64,000 nt of DNA from Planctomycetota bacterium (GCA_038040225.1 JBBPIS010000024.1:4259-68258); one strand, 5' to 3'. Counted from the first letter of the stretch, positions 37,867 to 47,790 are shown. Program-made: numbers and translations. The notes: generated from the letters alone by a model not told the origin.

Positions 37867-38514
37867 ATGACAACCCTCTTCCTCGTCTGTGCCCTGTTCG
37901 GTGGAACGCTGCTGATTTGTCAGACGGTCATGACGTTGATCGGCCTCGGCGGCGATCACGACTTTTCCCACGATGGCGGGGACCATGACCTTGATCACCA
38001 TCTGGGCGGCCACGATGCGAGTGGAGCGTCTTCGGGAACGAATCACGATGCGGCCTCGTCCGCTCAACACGACTCGACCTGGTTCTTCGGAATCGTCACG
38101 TTGCGGACGGCCGTGGCCGCGCTGACGTTTTTCGGGTTGGCGGGCATGGCGGCGCAATCGAGTGACCTTTCGCCCGTCCCTTCGCTGGCGATCGGTGTGC
38201 TGGCCGGGTTCTCCGCGATGTACGGTGTCCATTGGATGATGAGGCAGATTTCGCGGCTCAAAACCGACGGTAGCGTCCGTATCGACAATGCAGTCGGCAT
38301 GACCGGCACGGTCTATCTGCGAATCCCCGGGCACCTCGGTGGCGCGGGCAAGATTCAACTCAACCTCCAAAACCGGACCGTAGAGTTGTCCGCATGGACC
38401 GATCGGTCCGAGATTGCGACGGGAGCGACAGTCCTCGTCACTCGAGTCGTCGGTCCCGATTCCGTCGAAGTGGCGATCTCCAACGCCCCCGCTCCGACGG
38501 CTGCTGCAACGTAG
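37867..38514 (+). CDS. NfeD-like membrane protein with C-terminal OB fold (flotillin partner)
   Basis: TM helices, His-rich loop, GTVYLRIP..GKIQ C-terminus; directly upstream of an SPFH gene. Confidence 0.8.
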   Translation: MTTLFLVCALFGGTLLICQTVMTLIGLGGDHDFSHDGGDHDLDHHLGGHDASGASSGTNHDAASSAQHDSTWFFGIVTLRTAVAALTFFGLAGMAAQSSDLSPVPSLAIGVLAGFSAMYGVHWMMRQISRLKTDGSVRIDNAVGMTGTVYLRIPGHLGGAGKIQLNLQNRTVELSAWTDRSEIATGATVLVTRVVGPDSVEVAISNAPAPTAAAT

Positions 38515-38659
38515 AACCGCGCCAGACAAAACCAAAGACTCTTGGCGAGCCGGGCAGCGTCAGCGCCCGGACTCCGTGATGAAGAGTCCGGGGGCTGACG
38601 CCGCCCGGCTCACCAGATTCTCGACCGAATCGACCGCTCCCCACGAAAGGGCCAACGCG

Positions 38660-40330
38660 ATGACTTCGCTCTTCCTCGCCGCCATCGAAGACTCCTTCAA
38701 GGGAGCCAACTTCTGGTTCTCCATGATCTGGGTTTTCATAGCCATCATGGCCTTCAGCTTCGTGATGCTGCTGGCCAACCGGTTCAAACGCTGTCCGAGC
38801 AATCGCATCCTCGTGATCTACGGCATGGCGGGCAAAGGTCAGGCCGTGAAGTGCTATCACGGTGGAGGCACCTTCGTCTGGCCGCTGATTCAGGACTGCG
38901 ACTACCTCAATCTCGAACCGATTCAGATCGAGATCCCTCTTCGCGGCGCACTGTCGTCCGAGAACATCCGCGTCAACGTGCCGAGCGTCTTCACCGTCGC
39001 GATCGGCACGACGCCCGAGGTCATGAACAACGCGGCCATTCGTCTGTTGGGCCTGAAGCGGGTCGATGTCGAGAAGCAGGCGCAGGAAATCATCTTCGGG
39101 CAACTCCGCCAGGTGATCGCCTCGATGCGCATCGAGGACATCAACAAGGATCGCGACACGTTCCTGTCGCACGTCCAGAACTCACTCGAACCAGAGCTGA
39201 AGAAGATCGGCCTGGTCCTGATCAACGTCAACATCACCGACCTCACGGACGAGTCGGGCTACATCGACGCCATCGGCCAGAAGGCCGCATCGCAGGCGAT
39301 CCAGCAGGCGCGCGGTGACGTCGCCGAACAACTGCGGCTCGGTGAAACGCGAGTCGTGGCGGCCAACCGCGATCAGCTCATTCAGGTCAGCAACGCGACC
39401 AAGGAACGAGACATCGGCGTGCGCGAGGCTGAACGCGAACAAGCCATTCGACTGGCCGAGTTGGAGAAGGAGAAGGAGATCGGTATGCACGCCGCCTCCC
39501 GCGACAAGGCGATCCGTCTGGCCGAGATGGCGAAGGAGCAGCAGATTGCCGAGCAGACCGCCGGGTTCGAGAAGGAATCGCAGGTCAAGACCGCCGAGCG
39601 TGAGATGCGTGTCAGAACGGCCGACGCCAACGCGGCGGCGATCGAAGGTGAAAACCTGGCCCAAGCCAAGATTGCGGCCTCGAAGGCGGAACTCGCCGTG
39701 AAGAACGCCGAGGCTTACCAAGTCTCCGAGACGCGCAAGCGCGAAGCGGAAGGCTCGGTCCTCGAAGCGCAGAACCGCGCGATGACGAAGGCCGCGCTGG
39801 CGGATGCCGAACGTGTCGAAGCCGAGAAGCGTGCGGAGTTCGAATCGGTCGCCAAGGCCCACAAAGCCACAACAATCGTCGAAGCCGAGGCCGTCGCAGA
39901 ACGGAGACGGATTGAAGCGGAAGGCGATGCCAAGGCGATCTTCGTCAAACTCGAAGCCGAAGCCCGCGGTCAGTACGAAATCCTCGCGAAGAAGGGCGAG
40001 GGCTTCAAACAGATCATCGACGCCTGCGGTGGTGCCCAACAGGCGTTCCAGTTGCTGATGCTCGAACACATCGACGCGATGACGGCCGCGTCAGCCACCG
40101 CGATCTCGAACATCAAGTTCGACAAGATCGTCGTCTGGGAAGGTGGTGGAGCCAACGGATCGAGCAGCACCGCGAACTTCCTGCAAAACATGACCCGCTC
40201 GATGCCGCCGATGATGCAGGTCTTGAAGGATGTCGCCGGGATCGAACTCCCCGACACGCTGCTCAAGGTGTCACCCGACTCATCGCACGCGGCGATGGAA
40301 TCCGGACAGCCAGCGGTATCCGCCACTTGA
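38660..40330 (+). CDS. Flotillin-family SPFH protein
   Basis: N-terminal TM, GGGTFVWP, GQLRQVIA, IGL.LINVNI.D..D; long AEA/EAE coiled coil. Confidence 0.92.
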   Translation: MTSLFLAAIEDSFKGANFWFSMIWVFIAIMAFSFVMLLANRFKRCPSNRILVIYGMAGKGQAVKCYHGGGTFVWPLIQDCDYLNLEPIQIEIPLRGALSSENIRVNVPSVFTVAIGTTPEVMNNAAIRLLGLKRVDVEKQAQEIIFGQLRQVIASMRIEDINKDRDTFLSHVQNSLEPELKKIGLVLINVNITDLTDESGYIDAIGQKAASQAIQQARGDVAEQLRLGETRVVAANRDQLIQVSNATKERDIGVREAEREQAIRLAELEKEKEIGMHAASRDKAIRLAEMAKEQQIAEQTAGFEKESQVKTAEREMRVRTADANAAAIEGENLAQAKIAASKAELAVKNAEAYQVSETRKREAEGSVLEAQNRAMTKAALADAERVEAEKRAEFESVAKAHKATTIVEAEAVAERRRIEAEGDAKAIFVKLEAEARGQYEILAKKGEGFKQIIDACGGAQQAFQLLMLEHIDAMTAASATAISNIKFDKIVVWEGGGANGSSSTANFLQNMTRSMPPMMQVLKDVAGIELPDTLLKVSPDSSHAAMESGQPAVSAT

Positions 40331-40458
40331 TGTACATTGCCGAGTCTCATCCATCACGAATGGCAATGGCCCCCGGTTGCTTGAAAGCAGGCGGGGGCCT
40401 CCGTTCTGACAGGGCTCTCACGCGGACTTCCCGCTCCTTCACCGAACCAAGGCCGAGG

Positions 40459-40887
40459 TCACGGCCCGGCCAGCCAATCCTCCACGTGCAGTTTGGCGAT
40501 CACTTCAAAGTCCCGCAGGTTGCGGGACAACAGTGTGGCATCATGGGTCAACGCGATGGCGGCGATCTTCTAGTCCATCACACCCCTGCGACGGTGCTCC
40601 TTCCGAAGCCGTTCAAACTCAGCAGCCGCGCGCTGGTCGAAGGGGAGCACTTCCCACTTGGCGAAAAAGTCGAACAGGCTCACCAGCCGAGTGTAGTACG
40701 GAACCTGCGCTGGTCCCGCAGGATGGCGATGAATCTCAGCAAGCCATCCTCGGCACTGCTCTTCGAGTGTGATCGCGGTGACGGCAACCGCGGTCAGGGA
40801 CTGCTCCAATCGAAGCAACAGCGGTTCCGCCAGCGGTGAGTCTTCGTGCTGCAAGACGGAGATGTGATCCGAGTCCAGCACGATCAT
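40459..40887 (-). pseudogene. vapC: PIN/VapC toxin interrupted by in-frame TAG at 40570-40572
   Basis: MIVLDSD...EE...LPFD...VMD*KIAAIALTHDATLLSRNLRDFEVIAKLHVEDWLAGP; the canonical VapC C-terminus continues in frame for 36 codons after the stop. Confidence 0.8.
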
Positions 40888-41093
40888 GATCCGGCCTGCT
40901 GACGATCCTCTTCGCGGATGCGATGTCCCGCCTCGATGATCTCCTTCATGACGGGATCATTCCGAAACATCCCAACGGTGCGCCGCCAGTCCTTGTTTGG
41001 AGTCGCAGCCCGTTCGTCGGCGCGGCTGCTCACCATGACCCGCATCTGTTCTTCCAGACGGGCCACACGCTGTTCCAATGTTTCGATCACCAT
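40884..41093 (-). CDS. Putative antitoxin
   Basis: 69 aa, LEQRVARLE...DWRRTVGMF; ATGA overlap with the PIN gene start. Confidence 0.75.
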   Translation of the reverse strand: MVIETLEQRVARLEEQMRVMVSSRADERAATPNKDWRRTVGMFRNDPVMKEIIEAGHRIREEDRQQAGS

Positions 41094-41110
41094 GCTTGTG
41101 TCTCCCGGCG

Positions 41111-41164
41111 CCCCGTCGGCGGAGCGGCTGGACTACTGTAGTCTGGTCGCTCCGCCGACCAGAC
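41111..41164. repeat. Back-to-back pair of GTAGTC-type REPs
   Basis: Minus GTAGTCCAGCCGCTCCGCCGACGGGG (41136-41111), one T, then plus GTAGTCTGGTCGCTCCGCCGACCAGAC (41138-41164). Confidence 0.75.
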
Positions 41165-41237
41165 GGCGGAACGAGTCATTCCCTCAGCGAGAGGTATAAC
41201 TGGTCGCCCCTGCCGACTCAACGGGTGTTGAGCGATG

Positions 41238-42992
41238 TCACACCGAGGTCTGCGGCTTCGCGTCGAACAGCCGGCTGACCAGTTCGCGCGGTGGGGGCGA
41301 GGTGACAAGACTCACGAGGATGCCCGCCGTGGCAGAGGCCAGCATCCCCCACAGCACGGGATCGAGACCCAGGACGTAATACGGACGCAGCAGTCCGACC
41401 GGGCCGATCAGCGGATCGGGGCCGAGAATACTTAGCACCGTCTCTTGCAGCGACGACTTCACCTCGGCGGCGGTTGCCCAGTTTTGGGTGATCCCCGCCA
41501 GATAGAGGCCGATGTGAACGACGAAGCCCGCCGCCATCGCGGACAAAACTCCCGGGGCCGTCGCGCGTCGCCAGTAACACGCCATCAGGACCGGCGTCAT
41601 CATTGAGGCCGCACCGAGCGAACTGCTCAACACGACGAGAGCCTGCAAATACTGAGGCGGCCTCAGCGCGACAACCACTCCAAACAGACCGACCCCCACC
41701 ATCGAGATCGTTGTCGCGCGGCGAACCTGCAGTTCGGTCGCCTTCGGATTCCACAGCCTCACGTAGATGTCCTCGACCAGCCCCGACGCGATCACCAGCA
41801 CGAAGCAGCTTACTGACGCCATGATTGCGCCGAACGGAGCCGCCAGAATCAGACCGCTGATAAACTGACCGAACGGCAGGCCCTGCGTCACAAACAGCGA
41901 CATGCGCGGGATCACCTCGTCCGACTGCTTCAGGGTCAGATCGGGCAGCAGCGTGTGGGCCGCGATGCAGACCATGACCAGCGGGATGTAGATGCAGCAG
42001 TTGTAGCAGGCCAGCAGAAAGATCGACTTGCGCATCACCCCCGTGTCGTGCGCCGCCATGACTCGCACCATGCTGGCCGGCGACGAGAACCCTGAGAAGA
42101 CCCACAGACAGAACATCGAGACGGCGAGGCTTGGCGGGAGGAAGTCTCTTCCGGCCGGACTGTAGCCGGGTCCGAAAGCGATGTCGGGTGACTTGTGCTC
42201 CATCGCGAATCGCGTCGCCTGTTCGAGGCCCCCCGCCATCGGCACGGCGAGACAAACGAGAAGCAGCACGCCGATGAACATCATCACGCTCTGAAACAGG
42301 TCGGTCCAAACGGACGCCAAGAATCCACCGATCAGCGTGTAACCGACGACTGTCACCGCGAACACGATCAGCCCAATCACATACTTGACGTACTCGGGAT
42401 CAATGCGCCATTTCTCACTTTTCTTGGCAATCGGCTCGCTGCTTGAAGATGCGGCTTCCGGCTCCTCTTTGACATCTTCCGTCAGCGCTAACATGCCGCT
42501 TCCCGGCCAGGCGTGCTTCATGATGGTCGCTCCCGCCTTGAACTGGGCGAACATCGTGAACGACAGACAGCAAATGATGAGCAGTGACGCGGCGAGGCCG
42601 ACGCGCCAGTCATCGAACCGCGACCGCATCAGGTCGGGAACCGTCAGGGCGTTCGTCTGCCGACTGAGATGCGACAGCCGCTTGCCAACAATGGCGAAGC
42701 CGGTCAGCGGGACCATCATGTACGCGCCGATCCACAGCAGCACGATCCAGCCGAAGCTGAACACCAGCGACGGAAAACCCATGAACGTCCCGCCACTCTG
42801 TACGGTCGCGGTCAAAGCCAGTGCCCACGCCCCGAGGCCCCGGTTGCCGAGGAAGTAGCCCTCCATGAACTTCTTCTTGTCGATCGCCTTCTGCGCCAGT
42901 GTCCCCAGCCAGACCGAGGCGACGATGAACAGAATGAGCGCCAGCAGGACGGCGAATCCGGGCGAGGGTGTTGCTGCGGCAGCCAACGGCAT
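41238..42992 (-). CDS. Sodium:solute symporter (PanF/PutP-like)
   Basis: GYFLGNRGLG, SGGTFMGFP, YTLIGGFLASVWTD, LAAPFGAIMASV; ATG 42992. Confidence 0.9.
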   Translation of the reverse strand: MPLAAAATPSPGFAVLLALILFIVASVWLGTLAQKAIDKKKFMEGYFLGNRGLGAWALALTATVQSGGTFMGFPSLVFSFGWIVLLWIGAYMMVPLTGFAIVGKRLSHLSRQTNALTVPDLMRSRFDDWRVGLAASLLIICCLSFTMFAQFKAGATIMKHAWPGSGMLALTEDVKEEPEAASSSSEPIAKKSEKWRIDPEYVKYVIGLIVFAVTVVGYTLIGGFLASVWTDLFQSVMMFIGVLLLVCLAVPMAGGLEQATRFAMEHKSPDIAFGPGYSPAGRDFLPPSLAVSMFCLWVFSGFSSPASMVRVMAAHDTGVMRKSIFLLACYNCCIYIPLVMVCIAAHTLLPDLTLKQSDEVIPRMSLFVTQGLPFGQFISGLILAAPFGAIMASVSCFVLVIASGLVEDIYVRLWNPKATELQVRRATTISMVGVGLFGVVVALRPPQYLQALVVLSSSLGAASMMTPVLMACYWRRATAPGVLSAMAAGFVVHIGLYLAGITQNWATAAEVKSSLQETVLSILGPDPLIGPVGLLRPYYVLGLDPVLWGMLASATAGILVSLVTSPPPRELVSRLFDAKPQTSV

Positions 42993-43107
42993 TGAAAAAC
43001 TCCTCACGAATACCACCGAGACCTCGAATGACGATCCCGCGAAATCTTGTCGTTCTACTCGCAATTCAAAGACAGACGACCGAACCAATGGATGAAGCCA
43101 AATCCTG

Positions 43108-43248
43108 ACCACTGATGGCACGGATTTCACAGATGGCACTGATGAAGCGGGAGGCGAGGATGGTTCTTGATCTTCGTCTTACTTGATCTTCGTCTTACTT
43201 GATCTTCGTCTTATCTGTGACATCCGTGAAATCTGTGCCATCAGTGGT
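43108..43248. repeat. Long inverted repeat enclosing a 3x16-bp tandem repeat
   Basis: ACCACTGATGGCACGGATTTCACAGATG / CATCCGTGAAATCTGTGCCATCAGTGGT; CTTGATCTTCGTCTTA x3 at 43166-43213. Confidence 0.85.
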
Positions 43249-43286
43249 TCTGGCGATTTTTCTTGGCGGCCGCTTTTCGGACCCAA

Positions 43287-43550
43287 CTACGAATCCAAGT
43301 CCTCATCCTTCATGAAGCCGAACGCGAACCAACCCGATGCGGCAGTACAGGCGGCCCATGGGACGATCATGCCCCAGAAGACCCAGTCGGGAAATCCGAT
43401 CACGAACGTCAGCGACTTGGGATCGCGACCGTAGCCGTAGGTCGTGCAAATGCCCACCGACCAGAGCAGCGCGACAAACCAAATGGCCACCGCGACAAGT
43501 GCCTCACGCCGCGCGGACCGGATCAGCGGATGTTCGTTGGTCTCTGGCAT
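43287..43550 (-). CDS. DUF997/YhdT-like two-TM protein
   Basis: ARREALVA...GFPDWVFWG..VPW...KDEDL; upstream of an SSS gene as in yhdT-panF. Confidence 0.85.
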   Translation of the reverse strand: MPETNEHPLIRSARREALVAVAIWFVALLWSVGICTTYGYGRDPKSLTFVIGFPDWVFWGMIVPWAACTAASGWFAFGFMKDEDLDS

Positions 43551-43789
43551 CGCGATCATTCCTCTCCATGCGAACTCGCCTGAATCCACCTCAAGTTGTT
43601 GTTGGACGACAGCCGCACGAGCCTAACCGAACGATTCGCGAAGAGCCACCGGCGGTTGACGACTCCTCGCGCCGTCTTCTGATTTCCGCATCACTCCTGA
43701 CAGACTCAGCCCGTTGGTTGACGGTCGCTTTGTCGTCTCCCTAAACTCAGCCCCCATTCCATTCGACCTGCTCAAGAAGGGCTCCGATC

Positions 43790-45064
43790 ATGTCTCACTC
43801 ACGCGTGATGTGGCTGTGTTGCACCGCCCTGCTGGCGGCGTTCGTCGTCGTCGGCTGCAAACCCCCTGCGGCCGGTCCCGGTGGCAAGGGCAAGACCGGC
43901 AATGGCACAGCACCGTCCGGCGGGCATCCGAACACGATCAAGATCGTGTCGAGTCTGCCTCGCACGGGGAGTGCCAAGCAGCAGACCGACACCATCGTGA
44001 ACGGCATCAAGATGGCCATCGACGAGGTCGGTGCCAAAGTGGGCGACTTCACGATCGAGTATCTCGACCTCGACGACGCGACCGCGTCCGCCGGGCAATG
44101 GACCGCCGAGGCCGAGACCGCGAATGCCGACCAGGCGGTCAAAGACAACGACGTGATGGTCTACATCGGCACCTACAACAGCGGTGCCGCCAAGATCTCG
44201 ATGCCGATTCTGAACCGCTCCCAATTGCTGATGGTCAGCCCGGCCAACACCTGGCCCGGACTGACCAAGCCCGGCAGCGGAGACCCCAGCGAACCGCATG
44301 TCTATCGTCCCACAGGCAAAATCACCTACGTGCGAGTCGTCCCGGCCGATGACCTGCAAGGAAGCCTCGCCGCCGAATGGGCGAACGACATGAAACTGAA
44401 GAAGGTCTACATCCTCGACGACAACGAAGTCTACGGCCGAGGCATCGCCAACCTGTTCGAGGAGCGAGCCGGTGAGATCGGCCTGACGGTGCTGGGTCAC
44501 GAAAGCATCGACGCGAAGTCACAGGAGTTCAAATCGCTGATGATTTCGATCAAGGCCAAGAATCCGGACCTGATCTACTTCGGTGGCACCACGCAGTCGA
44601 AGGGCGGTCAGATCGCCAAGGACATGGTCGCCGCGGGCCTCACCGCCAAGCTGATGGTTCCCGACGGCTGCATGGAGGAGGCGTTCATCACCTCCGCCGG
44701 AGCTGAAAACCTCAACGACCGCTGCTTCGTGACGTTCGGTGGCCTGCCACCGGAAAAGCTGACGGGCGCGGGGCAAGTCTTCGTCGAAAAGTACGAGGCC
44801 AAGTACAAAAGCAAACCCGAAGCCTACGCAATCTACGGCTACGAAGCGGCGAAGGTGGCGTTGGAGGCGATCAAGCGCGCCGGCAAAAAGGATCGCGCCG
44901 CGATCACTCAAGCCGCGCTCGGCATCAAGGATTTCGACGGCGCTCTCGGCAAGTGGTCGGTCGATGCCAACGGCGACACAACGATGAAAGTCCTCAGCGG
45001 CAACACGGTCAAAGACGGGAAGTTTGAATTCGTGAGATTGCTTGGTCAGCCGGAGTCCAAGTAA
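43790..45064 (+). CDS. livK: Branched-chain amino-acid-type ABC substrate-binding lipoprotein
   Basis: Lipobox VVGC; IGTYNSG, VSPANT, RVVP.DD.QG, DD.EVYG.G, AIYGYEA. Confidence 0.88.
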   Translation: MSHSRVMWLCCTALLAAFVVVGCKPPAAGPGGKGKTGNGTAPSGGHPNTIKIVSSLPRTGSAKQQTDTIVNGIKMAIDEVGAKVGDFTIEYLDLDDATASAGQWTAEAETANADQAVKDNDVMVYIGTYNSGAAKISMPILNRSQLLMVSPANTWPGLTKPGSGDPSEPHVYRPTGKITYVRVVPADDLQGSLAAEWANDMKLKKVYILDDNEVYGRGIANLFEERAGEIGLTVLGHESIDAKSQEFKSLMISIKAKNPDLIYFGGTTQSKGGQIAKDMVAAGLTAKLMVPDGCMEEAFITSAGAENLNDRCFVTFGGLPPEKLTGAGQVFVEKYEAKYKSKPEAYAIYGYEAAKVALEAIKRAGKKDRAAITQAALGIKDFDGALGKWSVDANGDTTMKVLSGNTVKDGKFEFVRLLGQPESK

Positions 45065-45101
45065 AAGTTTGACGGCGACAACGTCAGCAAAAGGAGACAG
45101 C

Positions 45102-45275
45102 ATGCAAGTCGAGCTAACCGGGGAAGACATCCAGACTCTCATCGAATCACTGCGCTACTCGAAGCAGCGTGTGGAGGATGCGCAGGGCACGCCACCGACG
45201 GTAAGAAAAGAAAACTTGGCTCGAATCGAATCCGCAGCGATCAAGCTGCGAAATGTCGGAACGAGCTCTAAGTAA
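45102..45275 (+). CDS. Small hypothetical protein (57 aa)
   Basis: AAGGAG RBS; amphipathic helical sequence. Confidence 0.6.
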   Translation: MQVELTGEDIQTLIESLRYSKQRVEDAQGTPPTVRKENLARIESAAIKLRNVGTSSK

Positions 45276-45342
45276 GTCCAGAAGGGTGTGTGGAGTCCTC
45301 GAAGCCGGTGGGTCACCTGCCAACCATTGGGAGTACGTTGTC

Positions 45343-45555
45343 ATGACTGGTTCCCGAGAGGAGTTGATTCGCTTGATCGAGCAGTTGAGCGAAGCCGACC
45401 CTGAATTGCGTCTGGGCCAGATGCTCACCAACCTGGCCACATTGGCGCGTGGTCCGCAGCCCGAGTCCGTGTGGGATTGCGAGGACGACGAACTGGTCGC
45501 GGCAGCCCAACGATTGCTGACTCGGATTCAAGAGTGCCAGACTGTGGTGGCTTAG
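45343..45555 (+). CDS. Small hypothetical protein (70 aa), weak DUF1040-like PELRLGQ motif
   Basis: GGGAG RBS; MTGSREELIRLIEQLSEADPELRLGQML. Confidence 0.6.
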   Translation: MTGSREELIRLIEQLSEADPELRLGQMLTNLATLARGPQPESVWDCEDDELVAAAQRLLTRIQECQTVVA

Positions 45556-45614
45556 AGGCATTTCAAAACCAACTGTACCATCTGGCAGCCCGTTCAATTC
45601 AGGGAGGTGGAAAG

Positions 45615-46379
45615 GTGGCTCGGAACGATCAGCGTCGGCAGAAGAAGTTGGAAGCGAAGCGAGTCAAACGCAAAGAACAACTGCGGGATGTTTCTCGCTT
45701 GAAATCGAGCGGGATTGGCGAACGCATGTTGGCGGGATGTCGCTGGCCGATCACGGAGTCGCGTGTTTCGGGCAGCATCTGGGAGAATGGGATCGGATAC
45801 GCGGTCTTGGTTCGGCGTGGGCCCGGTGGAACGACCGCGATAAGTTTGTTCCTGTTGGATGTCTACTGCCTGGGGGTCAAGGACGTTGTGGCGAAGGTTG
45901 AGCCGGAGCACTCTATCTCTGTCATGCTGGCAGGGTTGAATGACAATGGAACCCGTTGGATCAAGGTGTCACCGGAACACGTTCGGAAACTGGTTGAAAG
46001 TTCGATGGGATATGCCCTGAAACTGGGATTGGCTCCGCATCGTGAATGTGCCGCGGCGATGAAATTGTTCGGTGACATTGATGCTTCACAATGTTCGACC
46101 GAATTCGTCTTCGGCTGTGAGGGGAAGCCGCGTTACATCTCCGGTCCCAATGACAGCGCCGCGCGGAGCATGGCTGTCATCGACATTCTCAATCGGACAT
46201 GCGGTCCGGACGGGTTCCATTACTACGCTCACGTAGACAACCCCGGAAATCTGATCCCGTTCGAAGACGAATGGGATGACGACGAACAAATGAATCTCGA
46301 TGAGGACGAGCCTGAAAGGGAATCAGAAGTGGATGTCGCATCGGCGGCTCGGCCCGTCGATGCTGACCGCGCGGAATAA
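45615..46379 (+). CDS. Hypothetical protein with basic N-terminus and acidic C-terminus
   Basis: GGAGG upstream of GTG 45615; 254 codons. Confidence 0.7.
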   Translation: MARNDQRRQKKLEAKRVKRKEQLRDVSRLKSSGIGERMLAGCRWPITESRVSGSIWENGIGYAVLVRRGPGGTTAISLFLLDVYCLGVKDVVAKVEPEHSISVMLAGLNDNGTRWIKVSPEHVRKLVESSMGYALKLGLAPHRECAAAMKLFGDIDASQCSTEFVFGCEGKPRYISGPNDSAARSMAVIDILNRTCGPDGFHYYAHVDNPGNLIPFEDEWDDDEQMNLDEDEPERESEVDVASAARPVDADRAE

Positions 46380-46420
46380 TCGGAGCGGTACGGATAATTC
46401 ATACAATGTCAGGAAGTCCT

Positions 46421-46619
46421 GTAGTGTGCGTGGAGTCCTCGGAGCGCACCATGTGAGGCGACACGTCACGCGATGACATTAGGCGAGCGGCAGGAAAGAA
46501 CTTACCGGCTGACGTCCGTCCAGTGCCCCGTACGCTTCGGAGCGTCCGTGTCACTCTCGGTAAGGCCGCTCCTGCCGCTTGCCTTAGATGTTGCGTTTCG
46601 AGGACTCCACGCACCCTAC
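46421..46619. repeat. Large REPIN (~200-nt hairpin) of the GTAGGGTGCG family
   Basis: GTAGTGTGCGTGGAGTCCTCGGAGCGCACC ... GAGGACTCCACGCACCCTAC; inner arms TAGGCGAGCGGCAGGA/TCCTGCCGCTTGCCT and CTTACCG/CGGTAAG. Confidence 0.8.
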
Positions 46620-46643
46620 GATGACACGGACCACAACCAACCG

Positions 46644-47603
46644 ATGCTGTTTCTACTCCTCGCCGATGCTGCCAGCCCTTCCGCGTGGGAGCAGTTTCTT
46701 CAGCATTGCCTGATCGGTTTGACGACCGGTTCGCTGATCGCGCTGATCGCCCTCGGTTACACGATGGTCTATGGGATCATCGGGTTGATCAACTTCGCGC
46801 ACGGCGATCTGTTCATGCTGGGGGCGTTTCTCGCGCTGACGTTGCTGACGGCGATGGGTGTCGCGGGGCCGGATGCCTCGGCGAGCGGGGCGATGGCGGG
46901 GCTGGCAGTTTGTTTTCTGATCGTGCCCGTCTTTTGTGGCGGCTTGAATTGGGCGGTCGATCGGATCGTCTACAAGCCGCTGCGGAACGCACCAAAACTC
47001 GCACCGCTCGTGTCGGCCATCGGCGTCTCGTTCATCTTCATGAACGTCGGTCTGCTGTGGGGTGGTGCGGCCGACTTGAACTTCCCGAAGCTCGTTTCCG
47101 AGCAAAGCGTTTGGGGGGTGTCGGTCATTCAGTTCACGCTGAAGGACTTGCTGGTGATCGTCGTCACCGTGCCGATCATGGTGGGGCTGACGTTGTTCGT
47201 GAAGTTCACGCGGCTTGGCAAGGCGATGCGCGCCGTGGAGCAGAATCCGGTGGCGGCTCAACTGATGGGGATTCACGTCGATCGTGTCATCGGCGCGACG
47301 TTCGTAATCGGAGGCTCTCTGGCGGGAGTGGCCAGCGTCGTGTACGGCCTTTACATCAACACGATCAGTTTTCAGATGGGCTTTCAGAACGGACTGTATG
47401 CGTTCACGGCGGCGGTGCTGGGCGGCATCGGCAAGCTGCCGGGAGCCGTCCTGGGTGGACTGATCATCGGGTTGGCCCGCTCTCTCGGTTCGGCCTACAT
47501 CGGTGAGCGTTGGACCGGGGCGCTGATCTTCGCGATCCTGATCGTGATCCTCATTTTTCGACCTGCGGGCCTGCTGGGACGCTCGACACAGGACAAGGTA
47601 TGA
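46644..47603 (+). CDS. livH: Branched-chain amino-acid ABC permease
   Basis: ALIALGYTMVYGIIGLINFAHG, GKAMRA, AAVLGGIG.LPGA. Confidence 0.92.
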   Translation: MLFLLLADAASPSAWEQFLQHCLIGLTTGSLIALIALGYTMVYGIIGLINFAHGDLFMLGAFLALTLLTAMGVAGPDASASGAMAGLAVCFLIVPVFCGGLNWAVDRIVYKPLRNAPKLAPLVSAIGVSFIFMNVGLLWGGAADLNFPKLVSEQSVWGVSVIQFTLKDLLVIVVTVPIMVGLTLFVKFTRLGKAMRAVEQNPVAAQLMGIHVDRVIGATFVIGGSLAGVASVVYGLYINTISFQMGFQNGLYAFTAAVLGGIGKLPGAVLGGLIIGLARSLGSAYIGERWTGALIFAILIVILIFRPAGLLGRSTQDKV

Positions 47604-47622
47604 ACCGGCAACCGAGCAAAGT

Positions 47623-47717
47623 AGTGAAAAGTGAGGAGTGCAAAGTGCAAAGTGCAAAGTTACGGAGTGAACGACACACTTTGCACTTTGCACTTTGCAC
47701 TTCTCACTTTGCACTTT
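47623..47717. repeat. 7-mer-periodic inverted repeat (GTGCAAA)n/(TTTGCAC)n
   Basis: GTGCAAA x3 versus CTTTGCA x4, between livH and livM. Confidence 0.85.
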
Positions 47718-47790
47718 CTTCATACGCTTTCGCACGAAACTCAAGTGCGACTAACCAAGACTCGCATCCTCTTTTCGGTCGGGGGTGCCA

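Noticed and set aside
37867-40330. NfeD-flotillin pair as a novel system
   Set aside because: Well-known conserved gene pair.
40570-40572. Pyrrolysine recoding of the VapC TAG
   Set aside because: No pyl genes are visible and TAG is used as a normal stop in many genes here.
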